Shown piece after piece: positions 9,974-19,689 of a stretch of DNA of 64,000 nt (position 1 is the stretch's first letter; every line of letters begins with the position of its first letter). The stretch is from an uncultured delta proteobacterium (GTDB taxonomy: Bacteria > Desulfobacterota > Binatia > Binatales > Binataceae): NCBI GenBank assembly GCA_963808235.1, contig CAWEEQ010000004.1, forward strand, positions 160,001 through 224,000, given 5' to 3'. Position numbers and translations under genes: made by a program. The notes below the pieces were generated by a model. That model was not told the origin of the DNA. It ran no database searches and saw nothing but the letters and a program-made list of their open reading frames with translations.

Positions 9974-10324
9974 ATGCCCACTAAGTTGTATGTAGGTAAT
10001 CTCGCCTACGCGGTTACTCAGGAGGATCTGGCGGAGCTGTTCGGCCAGGCGGGAAAGGTGGAAAGCGCGGTCGTGGTGACGGACAAGTTCTCGGGGCAGT
10101 CGCGCGGGTTCGGATTCGTCGAGATGGTCGAGGCGGCTGATGCGGCGACCGCAATCCAGACTCTCAATGACACCGATCTGAAGGGCCGCCGAATCAAGAT
10201 CGATGAGGCTCGCGCCAGCACCGGCCCGCGTGGCGGCGGCGGTGGAGGCGGTGGTGGAGATCGCCGACGCGGCGGTGGCGGTGGAGGCGGCGGCGGTCGC
10301 GGAGGAGATCGCAATCGCTGGTAG
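9974..10324 (+). CDS. RRM RNA-binding protein with Gly/Arg-rich tail
   Basis: KLYVGNL (RNP2), SRGFGFVEM (RNP1); AGGAGG RBS. Confidence 0.95.
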   Translation: MPTKLYVGNLAYAVTQEDLAELFGQAGKVESAVVVTDKFSGQSRGFGFVEMVEAADAATAIQTLNDTDLKGRRIKIDEARASTGPRGGGGGGGGGDRRRGGGGGGGGGRGGDRNRW

Positions 10325-10368
10325 GCTTTCGCCGAGCGAATTTCCGTAAAATACGGCAAATGTGAAAT

Positions 10369-10436
10369 TGCGGCGCGGATGGAACCGAAGAGTTCCTATC
10401 CGCGCCGCACTGTTTTTTGCCGCGCCGCAATGTTTT
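10369..10436 (+). terminator. Intrinsic terminator with duplicated 3' arm
   Basis: TGCGGCGCGGAT pairs with ATCCGCGCCGCA followed by TGTTTTTT; CCGCGCCGCAnTGTTTT recurs 20 nt later. Confidence 0.65.
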
Positions 10437-10544
10437 CGGCCTCGAGCACGAGCCGCTTCCACTCGACGGTTCTTCTGCTATGGTGTTTCGCCGAGTCGGA
10501 AACATCCTGAAGACAAATTGCTCGTAGAAGAAATCTGGAATCGA

Positions 10545-11408
10545 ATGAGAAAACCCATATCTGTTATCTCGATTGGCCTCTCGATTGCTGCCGCATGCGC
10601 CGGATTCATCCTCTCCACTATTTTCGCCGCGCACGCATTGGGCGCCGACACGGTCCCGTCCGGGACGCAGCGCAACGTCGCCGGGATTGTGACCCATGCC
10701 GGCGGACGCGTCGTGCAAGTCGGCACCGCGTTTTTCGTCGCCGTGCCGAGCGATGCGTTTCCGGGCCGCTCCTTCGTTTACCTGGTGAGCGCGCGTCACA
10801 ATCTGCTCGACGATAGCGGCAATCCGCGCACCGGCCTTGCCCTCACGCTGGAAGATTCCAAGACGGGTGCGATGCGCGAGGAGCCGCTGCCGCCCGAAGG
10901 CAAATGGGTTCTCGATCCGATCGATGAAAAGGCCGACGTTGCGGCGGTTCCGTTTATCGCCGAGGGCGCGAGTATCGCACCGATTCCGCTCGGCTCACTG
11001 CTCGGCAGCGACGACCCCCTGGCGCGTCCGGAAACCGGCGCGCAGGTCTACTACCTGACCGCCGCGACGGTCGGCGTGAAGCAGGCCCGCTTCGAGGCGC
11101 TCGCCCGCTTCGGTCACGTGTCGGTTCCCGCGCCCGCCGAGACCGAGGTGATCGGCGCTGGTCTCCAGCAATTGTGTTATCTCGACGGCGGCGGAGCGCC
11201 CGGATTCTCAAGCGGCGCGCCGGTCTTCGTAAGCGCGGGCCTTCGCTTCGCGCTATGGGGCATCCTCGAGGCCAACACCTCGCTCAATACCGACCCGGTC
11301 TTCTCGGGACTGGCTGGCGTGCTGCCCGCGAAGTACGTTGCCGAGACGGTGAGGGCGATGGGCGCGGTGCAGGACAAGGCGATGCGCGGGGCAAAGGCGC
11401 CCGACTGA
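10545..11408 (+). CDS. Exported trypsin-like serine-protease-fold protein
   Basis: Signal peptide; GTAFFV, YLVSARHN (His), ADVAAV (Asp), PGFSSGAPVF (Ser) in trypsin order. Confidence 0.55.
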   Translation: MRKPISVISIGLSIAAACAGFILSTIFAAHALGADTVPSGTQRNVAGIVTHAGGRVVQVGTAFFVAVPSDAFPGRSFVYLVSARHNLLDDSGNPRTGLALTLEDSKTGAMREEPLPPEGKWVLDPIDEKADVAAVPFIAEGASIAPIPLGSLLGSDDPLARPETGAQVYYLTAATVGVKQARFEALARFGHVSVPAPAETEVIGAGLQQLCYLDGGGAPGFSSGAPVFVSAGLRFALWGILEANTSLNTDPVFSGLAGVLPAKYVAETVRAMGAVQDKAMRGAKAPD

Positions 11409-11572
11409 TTGGTAAGAGGGCGCTGTGGGGTGGAAAAGTTACGCAAAAGTTAAGATTGATTCGTGCGCATATCCTGAAGCTATAATGTCGTTCGTGGTCG
11501 CTTGATTTCGGCGTGATCCTTGATTTCGAGACGCGGCGCGGATAGCGAAAGTAGTTCCGGCTTCCAAGATAC

Positions 11573-11648
11573 TCCCCGGTAGCTCAGTCGGTAGAGCGGA
11601 CGGCTGTTAACCGTCATGTCGCTGGTTCGAATCCGGCCCGGGGAGCCA
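11573..11648 (+). tRNA. tRNA-Asn (GTT)
   Basis: 76-nt cloverleaf; TAGCTCAGTCGGTAGAGC D-arm, GACGG-CTGTTAA-CCGTC anticodon arm, GGTTCGAATCC T-arm, encoded CCA. Confidence 0.97.
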
Positions 11649-11720
11649 CATTCCTTTCCTGTGACATTTGGATTACCTGCTGCGCGGTCAGTGCCGGCAT
11701 AAAATACAGCTCCTTCTCAT

Positions 11721-12323
11721 TTAACCCTGACTTCCGATTTCAGGTCCGCGGACCTTCCAGGGCACCATCCTGTCCACCAGGTGGTCGCGCAAGATCAGCG
11801 TGTGGAATAGAACGGCGCTGAAATGCGCGATGAACGTCGCGAAGAACAGGTATGCGACGATAGTATGCGTCTTGCGCAGGACCGCGTAGAGCATCGGACT
11901 GTGCGGCAGGATCGGAGGCAGATGCAGCGGCCCGTAAAGCACGATCGGATAGCGCGCCGCTGATAGCATTCCCCATCCGACGAGCGGCATCGCCAACATC
12001 ATCGCGTACATCAGCATTTCGGAAGCGTGGGCCACGAACCGCTCCTCGGAAGACATGTCGGCGAGGAACGGGGGCGGCGGGTTGAGCCTCCGATTCACGT
12101 AGCGAATGATAACCAGAACCAGGATCGCAATCCCCAACGGGCGATGGATCGAAACCAGCAGATGGTAGTCCGCCAGCGACGCGACCATCGCAACGCCGAT
12201 GAACAGCATCGCCAGGATCATCGCCGCCATCGTCCAGTGCAGTATCCGGGAGGGCAGCGTGAATTGTCCGGTGTTCATAGATTGAGATACTCGCGATTGA
12301 GATGCTCGCGCGTCGTTACTCAC
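11721..12323 (-). CDS. Cytochrome b561-like membrane protein
   Basis: SRILHWTMA, IHRPLG, KTHT, AHFSAVLFH histidine pattern; overlaps the catalase-like gene. Confidence 0.88.
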   Translation of the reverse strand: MSNDARASQSRVSQSMNTGQFTLPSRILHWTMAAMILAMLFIGVAMVASLADYHLLVSIHRPLGIAILVLVIIRYVNRRLNPPPPFLADMSSEERFVAHASEMLMYAMMLAMPLVGWGMLSAARYPIVLYGPLHLPPILPHSPMLYAVLRKTHTIVAYLFFATFIAHFSAVLFHTLILRDHLVDRMVPWKVRGPEIGSQG

Positions 12324-13360
12324 CGGCGTATTTCAGCGGGAGTGATCGCGCTGGGCTCCTTGGTCTCGCCGGCGCGTCTCGTAAAGGATTGTGAATATAC
12401 CGCCGATCGCGCGCTGAGCAGTGGATCATCAGACGGCGCGATGCCCCAGGGAAGCACCAGCGGATCGAAGTTGATATCGCGGCAACGCCCATGCGCTTCA
12501 TCCTCGACGTTATCGATCGTCAACGTGCCAACATCGACATGCTCGCGAGTGTCGGGCCACGGGAGGGTAGCGTCCTCGGTGGGGTCGCCCGGTTGCCCGA
12601 CCGTGACGATCAGATGCCACTGCACCGGTCCGTGCTGGACGCGCGCGATTAGAGCGTCGAAGAGATAATTCTTGTTCTGCGCTGCGGCCGGGTCTTCAGC
12701 GGCGAACGCGTCGACGGGGACCATCGACCATCGAACCGGGGTGGAGATGCCGTCGGCGTTGGCGAAGCGGAACGCGTTGAGGCCGTTAAAAGTGGCGTCG
12801 GCGAATCCGGATGAAAACGGCTTCGCCTTAATGATCGCGATCGCGCGGACGGTCTCCGGATGCGCGGCGAGAAATGCGGACATTTTCGCCGGATCGGGTT
12901 TGCCGGTCGCTGGGTCGACCTTCGAGGCCAGCAGTTGATCGTAGAAGCCCTCGGGGGTCCGGACCGCGAACACTGGAAGGTCGATCATCGCAGTGCGCCA
13001 TTCCTCTCCTGAGCGAGGCTCGAAGCGCAACCCCATTCCTCGAACTGCCGCGGGGCCATCCGATACGTACGGCTGCCCGCCGGCAAGGGAAAAACGGCCG
13101 ATCACAGCCACGCGGCCCGGCTGGAACAGGCTCGCTCTCGAAAGGCGTACTCCATTCCCGTTGCTGTCGAAGTAGCCGCTGATGCATAGCCCCTTGGCGT
13201 GATTGCGGCGGAATCCAGGATGGATCCCGTTGACCCTCTCGAAGCCGTCGACGAAGCGGGCAGGAGTCAGCAGATTTGGCGAGAACCAGCCGCCAGTGTA
13301 CGCAAATGCGCCGACGATAGCCGCAATAACAACACCGATCGCCGCCCATCGGATCAGCAT
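12320..13360 (-). CDS. Catalase-related peroxidase (SrpA-like)
   Basis: GFRRNHAKG, GRFSLAGG, FDPLVLP, SDDPLLSARSAVYSQSF; N-terminal anchor. Confidence 0.92.
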   Translation of the reverse strand: MLIRWAAIGVVIAAIVGAFAYTGGWFSPNLLTPARFVDGFERVNGIHPGFRRNHAKGLCISGYFDSNGNGVRLSRASLFQPGRVAVIGRFSLAGGQPYVSDGPAAVRGMGLRFEPRSGEEWRTAMIDLPVFAVRTPEGFYDQLLASKVDPATGKPDPAKMSAFLAAHPETVRAIAIIKAKPFSSGFADATFNGLNAFRFANADGISTPVRWSMVPVDAFAAEDPAAAQNKNYLFDALIARVQHGPVQWHLIVTVGQPGDPTEDATLPWPDTREHVDVGTLTIDNVEDEAHGRCRDINFDPLVLPWGIAPSDDPLLSARSAVYSQSFTRRAGETKEPSAITPAEIRR

Positions 13361-13691
13361 AGTGGCTCCGGTCGCCGCTGATTGCTCATTTGCCGAGGCT
13401 TTTTCGAGTTACGCGAGTGACTAAGCAGCTCACGGAGTCGGTTTTTCAAACTAACCTCCGCCGGCGTGCGGCCATGCGAGTCCAGCCATCGCTCGAAATC
13501 CCGTAGCTGAGCCTTATGTACAACGGCCGGCTGCTTGACTGCAACGGAAATTCTTTGACCGCGGGGAATTTCGCTCGCTCGGAAGAACTCAGAATGTGTC
13601 TTGCCTCAGATCGAGCAATGTCGAAGTGTGGATGGTAGGCGCGGTTTTGAAGAGAAAGGAAAATGCCGCGTGGCAATCGAGTAAAACCAAA

Positions 13692-14063
13692 ATGGAAATG
13701 GAATCTGTCGGCAGCCGGAAAGTAACGATCCTCGGAGCGCTGCTCTTCGCAGCTATGATCTTCTTCGCAACCCTGGCGACGGGCTGTTACGACAACGGTG
13801 GATGGGGAGGAGGTCCGGGCTACTACGGGAACTCTGGTTATTACGGGCCCTATTACGGCGGCTATTACGGCGGTAACTATTACGGAAATCGATACTACCG
13901 AGGCTGGGACCATGATCATGACCACGATTGGGGCAGAGGTGCGTTCGGCGGGTGGGCGCCCGGTCACGAGGCATGGGAGGCAAGCAGCCGCGGCCGGACC
14001 AGCTTTGGTGGTGCTGGCCATGGCGGCTTTGGTGGAGGACACGGAGGAGGCGGTCATCGCTAA
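13692..14063 (+). CDS. Gly/Tyr-rich putative lipoprotein
   Basis: Hydrophobic stretch ending in LATGC lipobox; low-complexity YYG/GGH repeats; SSRGRTSFGG motif. Confidence 0.65.
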   Translation: MEMESVGSRKVTILGALLFAAMIFFATLATGCYDNGGWGGGPGYYGNSGYYGPYYGGYYGGNYYGNRYYRGWDHDHDHDWGRGAFGGWAPGHEAWEASSRGRTSFGGAGHGGFGGGHGGGGHR

Positions 14064-14085
14064 TCGCCGATCGCGGGAAAGTACA

Positions 14086-15066
14086 ATGCTTCGAACAATA
14101 GAGAATAATCGAAAAAGCGCGACTGGATGGCTAGCTATCTGGATGTTGTCGGTCGTCGTGCTTGGGCTGGGCGGCGCGCGGGCGTCCTTAGCACAAGAGC
14201 CCGGCCAGAAGACTTTCGGCGCGGCAGCGGAGGCGAGCGATGCTCTCGCCGCGGCGGTGCAGAATCACGACGACGCGGCGATGCTTGCGATTCTAGGCCC
14301 TTCGGGCAATGACCTGATTTCGTCGGGCGATCCGGTCGCCGACAAGAACCATCAGGATGCCTTCGTCGCCAAGTACCGCGCGTCGCATCAGTTTGCCGCG
14401 GCCGGCGATGGGCGAACCTTCCTCTACATCGGCACCGAGAATTTTCCGACTCCGATACCGCTCCGGCAAAATGGCTCACAATGGTACTTCGATACTGACT
14501 ACGGCAAGCAGGAGATTTTATATCGGCGGATCGGCTCCAATGAACTGACGGTGATCAAGGTATGCTCCGAAATCGCCGATGCGCAGCGGGAGTACTACGC
14601 CGCGCTGCACGACGGTGCGTCGGAGCATCAGTACGCCCGGAAATTCCACAGCACCGCCGGAACCCAGAATGGCCTGTACTGGGAGGTCGCGGCTGGCGCG
14701 CAACCGGAAAGTCCGCTCGGTCCGCTGCTCGCCGATGCGGCGATGGAAGGATATCAACGCCCCGGCAAACACAATCCCTTCCACGGCTACTTCTACCGCA
14801 TCCTCGCCAGTCAGGGAGCCAACGCTCCGGGCGGCGCCAAGAGCTATCTGGTCGATGGGAAAATGACCGGCGGATTCGCAGTGGTTGCCTATCCGGTCAG
14901 CTATCGCGACTCCGGAGTGATGACGTTCATCGTCAATCAGGACGGTCAGATCTATCAAAAGGACCTGGGTCCCAACACCGGCCAGATTGCGGGCGCGATG
15001 GCGTCATACGATCCGGATCCGACCTGGCAATCAGCGAACAAAGCGACCGTCGCCGCGCAGAAATAG
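14086..15066 (+). CDS. DUF2950 family protein
   Basis: Signal peptide; PIPL...WYFDT..GKQEILYRRIGSNEL, GLYW, PFHGYFYRIL, YRDSGVMTFIVNQDG.IYQKDLG. Confidence 0.9.
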   Translation: MLRTIENNRKSATGWLAIWMLSVVVLGLGGARASLAQEPGQKTFGAAAEASDALAAAVQNHDDAAMLAILGPSGNDLISSGDPVADKNHQDAFVAKYRASHQFAAAGDGRTFLYIGTENFPTPIPLRQNGSQWYFDTDYGKQEILYRRIGSNELTVIKVCSEIADAQREYYAALHDGASEHQYARKFHSTAGTQNGLYWEVAAGAQPESPLGPLLADAAMEGYQRPGKHNPFHGYFYRILASQGANAPGGAKSYLVDGKMTGGFAVVAYPVSYRDSGVMTFIVNQDGQIYQKDLGPNTGQIAGAMASYDPDPTWQSANKATVAAQK

Positions 15067-15312
15067 GAAGACGATCGACACCCCGGCGAGAGTCCCCTCC
15101 GGGGAGGCATCTCGATTCCGCCGCGTCTCAATCGGCGCGATGCTCGCGTACTGAATTGGCGTTTCGTGCGATACCGAGAGTTTCGGCGAAGCTTGCCCTG
15201 CTTACCTTTCGGAAAAACAGTCCACGGTTGATCTCTCGCTGCGCGCCTCGCGATGCAACCAAACGATCGCGTCCTTCGTATTCAATTGTGAGTACATCCT
15301 CGAGGTTTGAAG

Positions 15313-15615
15313 ATGAATTCGAAGTATGCCGCCCGAATGTGTGCCGGAAAAACTCTGCGGACCGCGGTTATCGCGCTTGCCAGTGGATTTGCTCTCATGA
15401 CGATCACCGGTTGCTATAGCCCTCGCGCCACCGACACTCTTGTCGGTGCCGGACTCGGTGCCGGCGCCGGAGCGCTCATTGGCGGCGCTGAAGGCTCGCC
15501 GGGAACCGGCGCGCTTATCGGCGGTCTGGGCGGCGGCGCAGCCGGCTACATTGTCGGCACCGAGATGCAGAATCGATACTACGGCCCCTATGGTGGCTAC
15601 TACGGCGGATACTGA
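15313..15615 (+). CDS. Glycine-zipper lipoprotein
   Basis: ITGC lipobox, GAGLGAGAGALIG and GALIGGLGGGAAG zippers. Confidence 0.8.
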   Translation: MNSKYAARMCAGKTLRTAVIALASGFALMTITGCYSPRATDTLVGAGLGAGAGALIGGAEGSPGTGALIGGLGGGAAGYIVGTEMQNRYYGPYGGYYGGY

Positions 15616-15717
15616 TCGTCGCCAGCTGCGCAACCGTTAGCTCAGATTCGTCAACTTATCGATAAGACTACATAATCCGCGCGCATTGTTACCAAAAGGC
15701 ACACTTCTTCGGGGGAT

Positions 15718-18205
15718 GTGTCGGTGCCCTTGCGCAAGACTCGGGGATTGCTGCCGCTTGGCACTTTAGCTTCTTTTGTCCTCCTCGCTATCGCGATGGC
15801 GATCGCGGGAACGCCGGGATCCGCCGGCGATACTACCGCCGATTTCGAACTCGGCCAGTTCGACTTCACGCACGGCGTCCCGCAATTCATCACCGCAAAA
15901 TCGCTGGACTTCGGCGCTGGCGGACACATCGCGATCGACCCCAACTCGAATCCGAATCATCTCTACGTTGCGGACGCCGCAAATAACCGAATCCTCGCCT
16001 GGGACAACGCTGTGTCGTTCATTAACGGGCAGACTGCCGATCTGATTATCGGCCAGCCCGACCAGTATTCGAGAGGCGCGAATCAAACCAGCACCGTCGT
16101 CTGCGCGCCCGGCGATTGCGGCACTGCCACCCTCGCGACGCTGGCGGCGCCCACTTGGATTGCGGTCGATTCGAACGGAAAGCTCTGGGTAAGCGATTCG
16201 AACAATCTGCGAGTGCTCGAGTATTCCGATCCATTCACGCAGACCCCGCCGGTCGTTGCGTCCAACGCTTATCCCTTCAGCACCACTGACTGCGGCACCA
16301 ACGGGCCGGGAGCATTGGCCTTCGACGCCGGCGATAACCTCTATCTCGGCACCTCCAATGGGCTGGTCGAGGAATTCAACAACTCCGGATTCAGCGGTCT
16401 GAGCGCGGCCAATCGCACTTTCGGCACAGCACTCGCCTGTAATAATGGGTTGTTCTACACCTGCGTGACGGATGCGTCCCACCTGTGCAATGTCGGTGGC
16501 ATCGCGATCAGCAGCGGCGCCGATTATCAAATCTATGTTGCCGATGGCATCGCGAATCTCGCCGAGAACCGCGTGATGGTCTATGACGAGTCGGCTAGCC
16601 CGCCCAACAGCTCGACTGCGAGCTTCGTCATCGGGCAGCCGAACTTCACAACTGCGGGCACCACTGTTCCGCCCACCAACAAGTCGCTTAACAATCCGCG
16701 CGACGTAAAGCTCGACGGCAGCGGCAACGTCTTTGTCTCTGACACCAGCAACCATCGCGTGCTCGAATTTGCCGGCCCAATAACTGCGAATCAACCGGCC
16801 GCGGACAACGTGCTGGGCCAGCAAGGCAGTTTCACGACCGGCAGCTGCGACACCGGAACCGCCGTCGGGGACCAGATAGGCATTGGCCCCGACAGCCTCT
16901 GTAATCCGCTCGGCATGGCCTTTGATTCCTCGGACAACTTCTACCTGGCCGACGATCACAACGCCCGCGTTTTGCGCTTCGATCTCAGCTCGAGCCTTGA
17001 TGCGGTTGCGGAACTCGGTCAGACCGATCTGGTTCACGGCACCGAGGACTTCGTTAATCCTGCTTCGATGGCCGGTGAGGCCGGCCTCGATGACTCCACC
17101 GAGGTCGCGATCGATCGCAACTCCTCGCCCAACCATCTTTACGTGCTCGACGTGCAGAACAACCGCGTGCTCGGATGGCAGAACGCTGAGTCTTTCATCA
17201 ACGGCGCAACAGCCGACCACGTACTCGGACAGCCCGACTTTTACACCGTGGCGTGCAACTATGCCTCGTTGACCGGCGGAGGAGACTTCACCGGGAATTT
17301 CGACTTCGGAGGACAAGCTCCGAGTGCGACCACGCTCTGCACGGATGGTTCCTTCAATGAGGACGGGTTCGCGGTCGATCCGAGCGGCAACGTATGGGTC
17401 GCCGACGCTGGGAACACACGCGTGGTTCGATTCCCAAGTCCGTACAGCTCGGGCAAGACGGCGGGCGAGTCGGCCGACCTGGTGCTCGGATGGTCCGACT
17501 TTGTGAGCAATGGAGGCGGTCCTTACTTCGCCAGTGGACAGAGTCCGACGGACTTCAATTTCGATGAACCCGACGCGGTGGCGATCGACAGCATCGGCAG
17601 GGTCTACGTGTCCGACCAGAGTATCGGGCGCATCCTCAGGTTCGATCCGCCGTTCTCGGACGGCCAGGCGGCGGTTCAGGTGTTCAGTACCGGAGGCAGT
17701 TTTACGACATCCGGCTTCTGTAGCTCTGCGACCGCGGACACAATCTGCTTTCCCGATGGCATGGCGATCGACAAAAATGACAACCTCTGGGTAACCGACG
17801 ACGGCGCCAGCCGCGTGCTCGAATTCAACACCCCGGCCACCGTCAATGCCCTGTGCCACTGCGACTGCAACCGCAACGCCGACTGTGACTGCAACCGCCA
17901 CTGCGACGGCCACAGTTACTGCGACTCGGACGGCGACCGCAACACCGGCTGCGACAGCGACCGCCACCGCGACTCCGACCGCAACCGCAACATCGACGGC
18001 CACTGCCACGGCGACACGCACTGCCACTGCGACCGCTACCTCAACTCCAACCGCTACCTCGACCCCGGCCTGCACGCCGCCGACCTCGGTCAAACAGTGC
18101 CGAAACGGCGGATGGCAGCAATTCATTTGCGAGGGCTTCGCCAATCAGGGTCAATGCGTCAGCTTCGTCCGACGCCGCGCGCATCGGGCGCCGAGCCGCC
18201 GCTAG
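15718..18205 (+). CDS. Secreted NHL-repeat beta-propeller protein with Thr/Ala linker and C-terminal Cys mini-domain; frameshift near 17849-17851
   Basis: Signal peptide; repeated LYVAD..NNRVL and VLGQPDF units; removing one C of GCCC joins it to the TATATP linker and PTSVKQCRNGGWQQF...NQGQCVSFV in the 17846-18205 frame. Confidence 0.8.
17855..18068 (+). repeat. Degenerate 6-nt coding repeat (Ala-Thr)n linker
   Basis: Alternating GCN-ACN codons with variable third positions. Confidence 0.8.
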
Positions 18206-18396
18206 ACGCGCGTCCATTCATCGCGATCGATATTCACACGCACTGCGGAGGCGTTCTGCTCTGCCTGCGCAGTGGAAGAACCCAATCGCTCGCTTCCGAC
18301 TTTTCTCACGGTTAACCGATTGTTGTTGCGCAGCAACCAATCGGCTTGTTATGTGCCGGCATTTGGAATAGTCCACGGAGCGGGGGATTCATCCAA

Positions 18397-18888
18397 ATGT
18401 CGAAAATTTCACTTTTAGTCAGCTTGCTGGCAGTTCTGTTCGCATCCGGGTGCGCAACACTCTTTCAAGGCACAAACGAAGAGATCATGGTTGCAAGCGA
18501 TCCGCCTGGTGCGCAGATTTCTATAAACGACGGGCGCCAAGGGACGACGCCATTCTCGATGCGTGTCAACCGCAATGACGATTTAGATATCCACGTCAGC
18601 AAAGCCGGGTACTCGTCTACCGATATTTCTGACACTTCGCATGTCGAGTGGGGCTATCTCGTCTCTGACATCTTTTTTACTGGTCTGATCGGACTCGCGG
18701 TCGATGGTATCGACGGCGCGATGTTCTATCACAATCAGGCAATGGTTTCGGCGCACCTTGATCCAGTTGCGCTTTCCCCTGCCCAATCGGACACAGCACA
18801 ACCACATGCCATTCTGAAGCCTGCGGTAGCCGCCGCCGTGAACCCTACAACGGCCGATCAGTGGGAGTCATCCGACAATCCGCAGTGA
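18397..18888 (+). CDS. PEGA-domain lipoprotein
   Basis: ASGCATLF lipobox; SDPPGAQISING-like segment, GTTP, SKAGY. Confidence 0.8.
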   Translation: MSKISLLVSLLAVLFASGCATLFQGTNEEIMVASDPPGAQISINDGRQGTTPFSMRVNRNDDLDIHVSKAGYSSTDISDTSHVEWGYLVSDIFFTGLIGLAVDGIDGAMFYHNQAMVSAHLDPVALSPAQSDTAQPHAILKPAVAAAVNPTTADQWESSDNPQ

Positions 18889-19140
18889 GTTGCTCTCGGC
18901 CTGAGCAGGTGGGGTGGTGCGCGAGTTCGCCGCCCGGCCACCAGCACTGTTGCTAATCGGGGCGGCGAGCGACTAGGTGCGATTCTGTGCCGCTGGTAAA
19001 CATAGCTACCGATTGACTGAATCTGATAAGCTCCGCCGACGTATCGATGTGATGTCGGTATTTTGTCAAAGTCAGCCAGGTGAACGCTCCTGAATCAGAG
19101 CATCGAATCAGCCCGACGCAGTTCATCCGCACTTGAAAGG

Positions 19141-19413
19141 GTGAGAATCGGCGCGAGGAATCTCGCCGTAGCGGCCGCGATATTCGTACTCGCAGCCAGC
19201 CTATCGGGATGCGCCTCGTCGGATTCCGACGAGAGCGTTGCGGCTGCCGGTCCATGCCAAAGCGTCGGCGACCAAGGTTGCGCAGCAAGTGACAATGCTC
19301 GCCAGATGCGCGACGCCGCGGCCTACCAGGACGAGCCGGAGTTGGGCTACGTCAAGTCGCCGCCCGGGATGCTTCCGATGCCGTTGACGTCGCGCAACTC
19401 GCCCCTTAATTAG
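19141..19413 (+). CDS. Small hypothetical lipoprotein
   Basis: GTG start, signal peptide with LSGC lipobox. Confidence 0.55.
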   Translation: MRIGARNLAVAAAIFVLAASLSGCASSDSDESVAAAGPCQSVGDQGCAASDNARQMRDAAAYQDEPELGYVKSPPGMLPMPLTSRNSPLN

Positions 19414-19573
19414 ATTCGCCCTGGTCCCGGGTTTTAGACCAAATCCTCGAGAAACCCGAGTGGAGTCTCGCATCCCTGAACTTCCTATGGCGGTGCGATT
19501 AAGCATCACTTTCGTTATATGTTCGCCTGTCCATTGAATCGATTAAGTGCTTGAAATCATTAGTGTTTTTGGC

Positions 19574-19591
19574 TGTTTCATCGGTGCAACA
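19574..19591. promoter_or_regulatory. Putative activator-binding palindrome TGTTTCA-TCGG-TGCAACA
   Basis: Imperfect palindrome matching the boxes at 30084-30120; lies upstream of TTGACA at 19644. Confidence 0.5.
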
Positions 19592-19643
19592 TGCTGTTGA
19601 GCATCGACGAATCGGATTCGCATCGGATTTGCGCCGGCTCGTA

Positions 19644-19672
19644 TTGACAAGGCCTACACCGAGGGCAAAAAT
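19644..19672 (+). promoter_or_regulatory. Putative sigma-70 promoter of the NtrC-family gene
   Basis: TTGACA-17nt-AAAAAT. Confidence 0.45.
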
Positions 19673-19689
19673 GCTACGCTAAGCCGCGT

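Noticed and set aside
11456-11486. Sigma-70 promoter for tRNA-Asn (TTGATT...TATAAT)
   Set aside because: The 19-nt spacer is suboptimal; not confident enough to list
13798-14085. Thr-rich N-terminal extension of DUF2950
   Set aside because: Off-frame reading of the Gly/Tyr-rich lipoprotein gene
17855-18068. CRISPR array or non-coding tandem repeat
   Set aside because: No constant repeat with unique spacers; it is a coding low-complexity linker, and no cas genes are present
17850-18315. Cys/His-rich metal-binding tail (HCDCNR repeats) of the 865-aa ORF
   Set aside because: It is the off-frame reading of an Ala-Thr linker; codon variation fits the GCN-ACN frame
11573-19600. Genomic island integrated at tRNA-Asn
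   Set aside because: Accessory-looking genes follow the tRNA, but I found no integrase and no repeat of the tRNA 3' end
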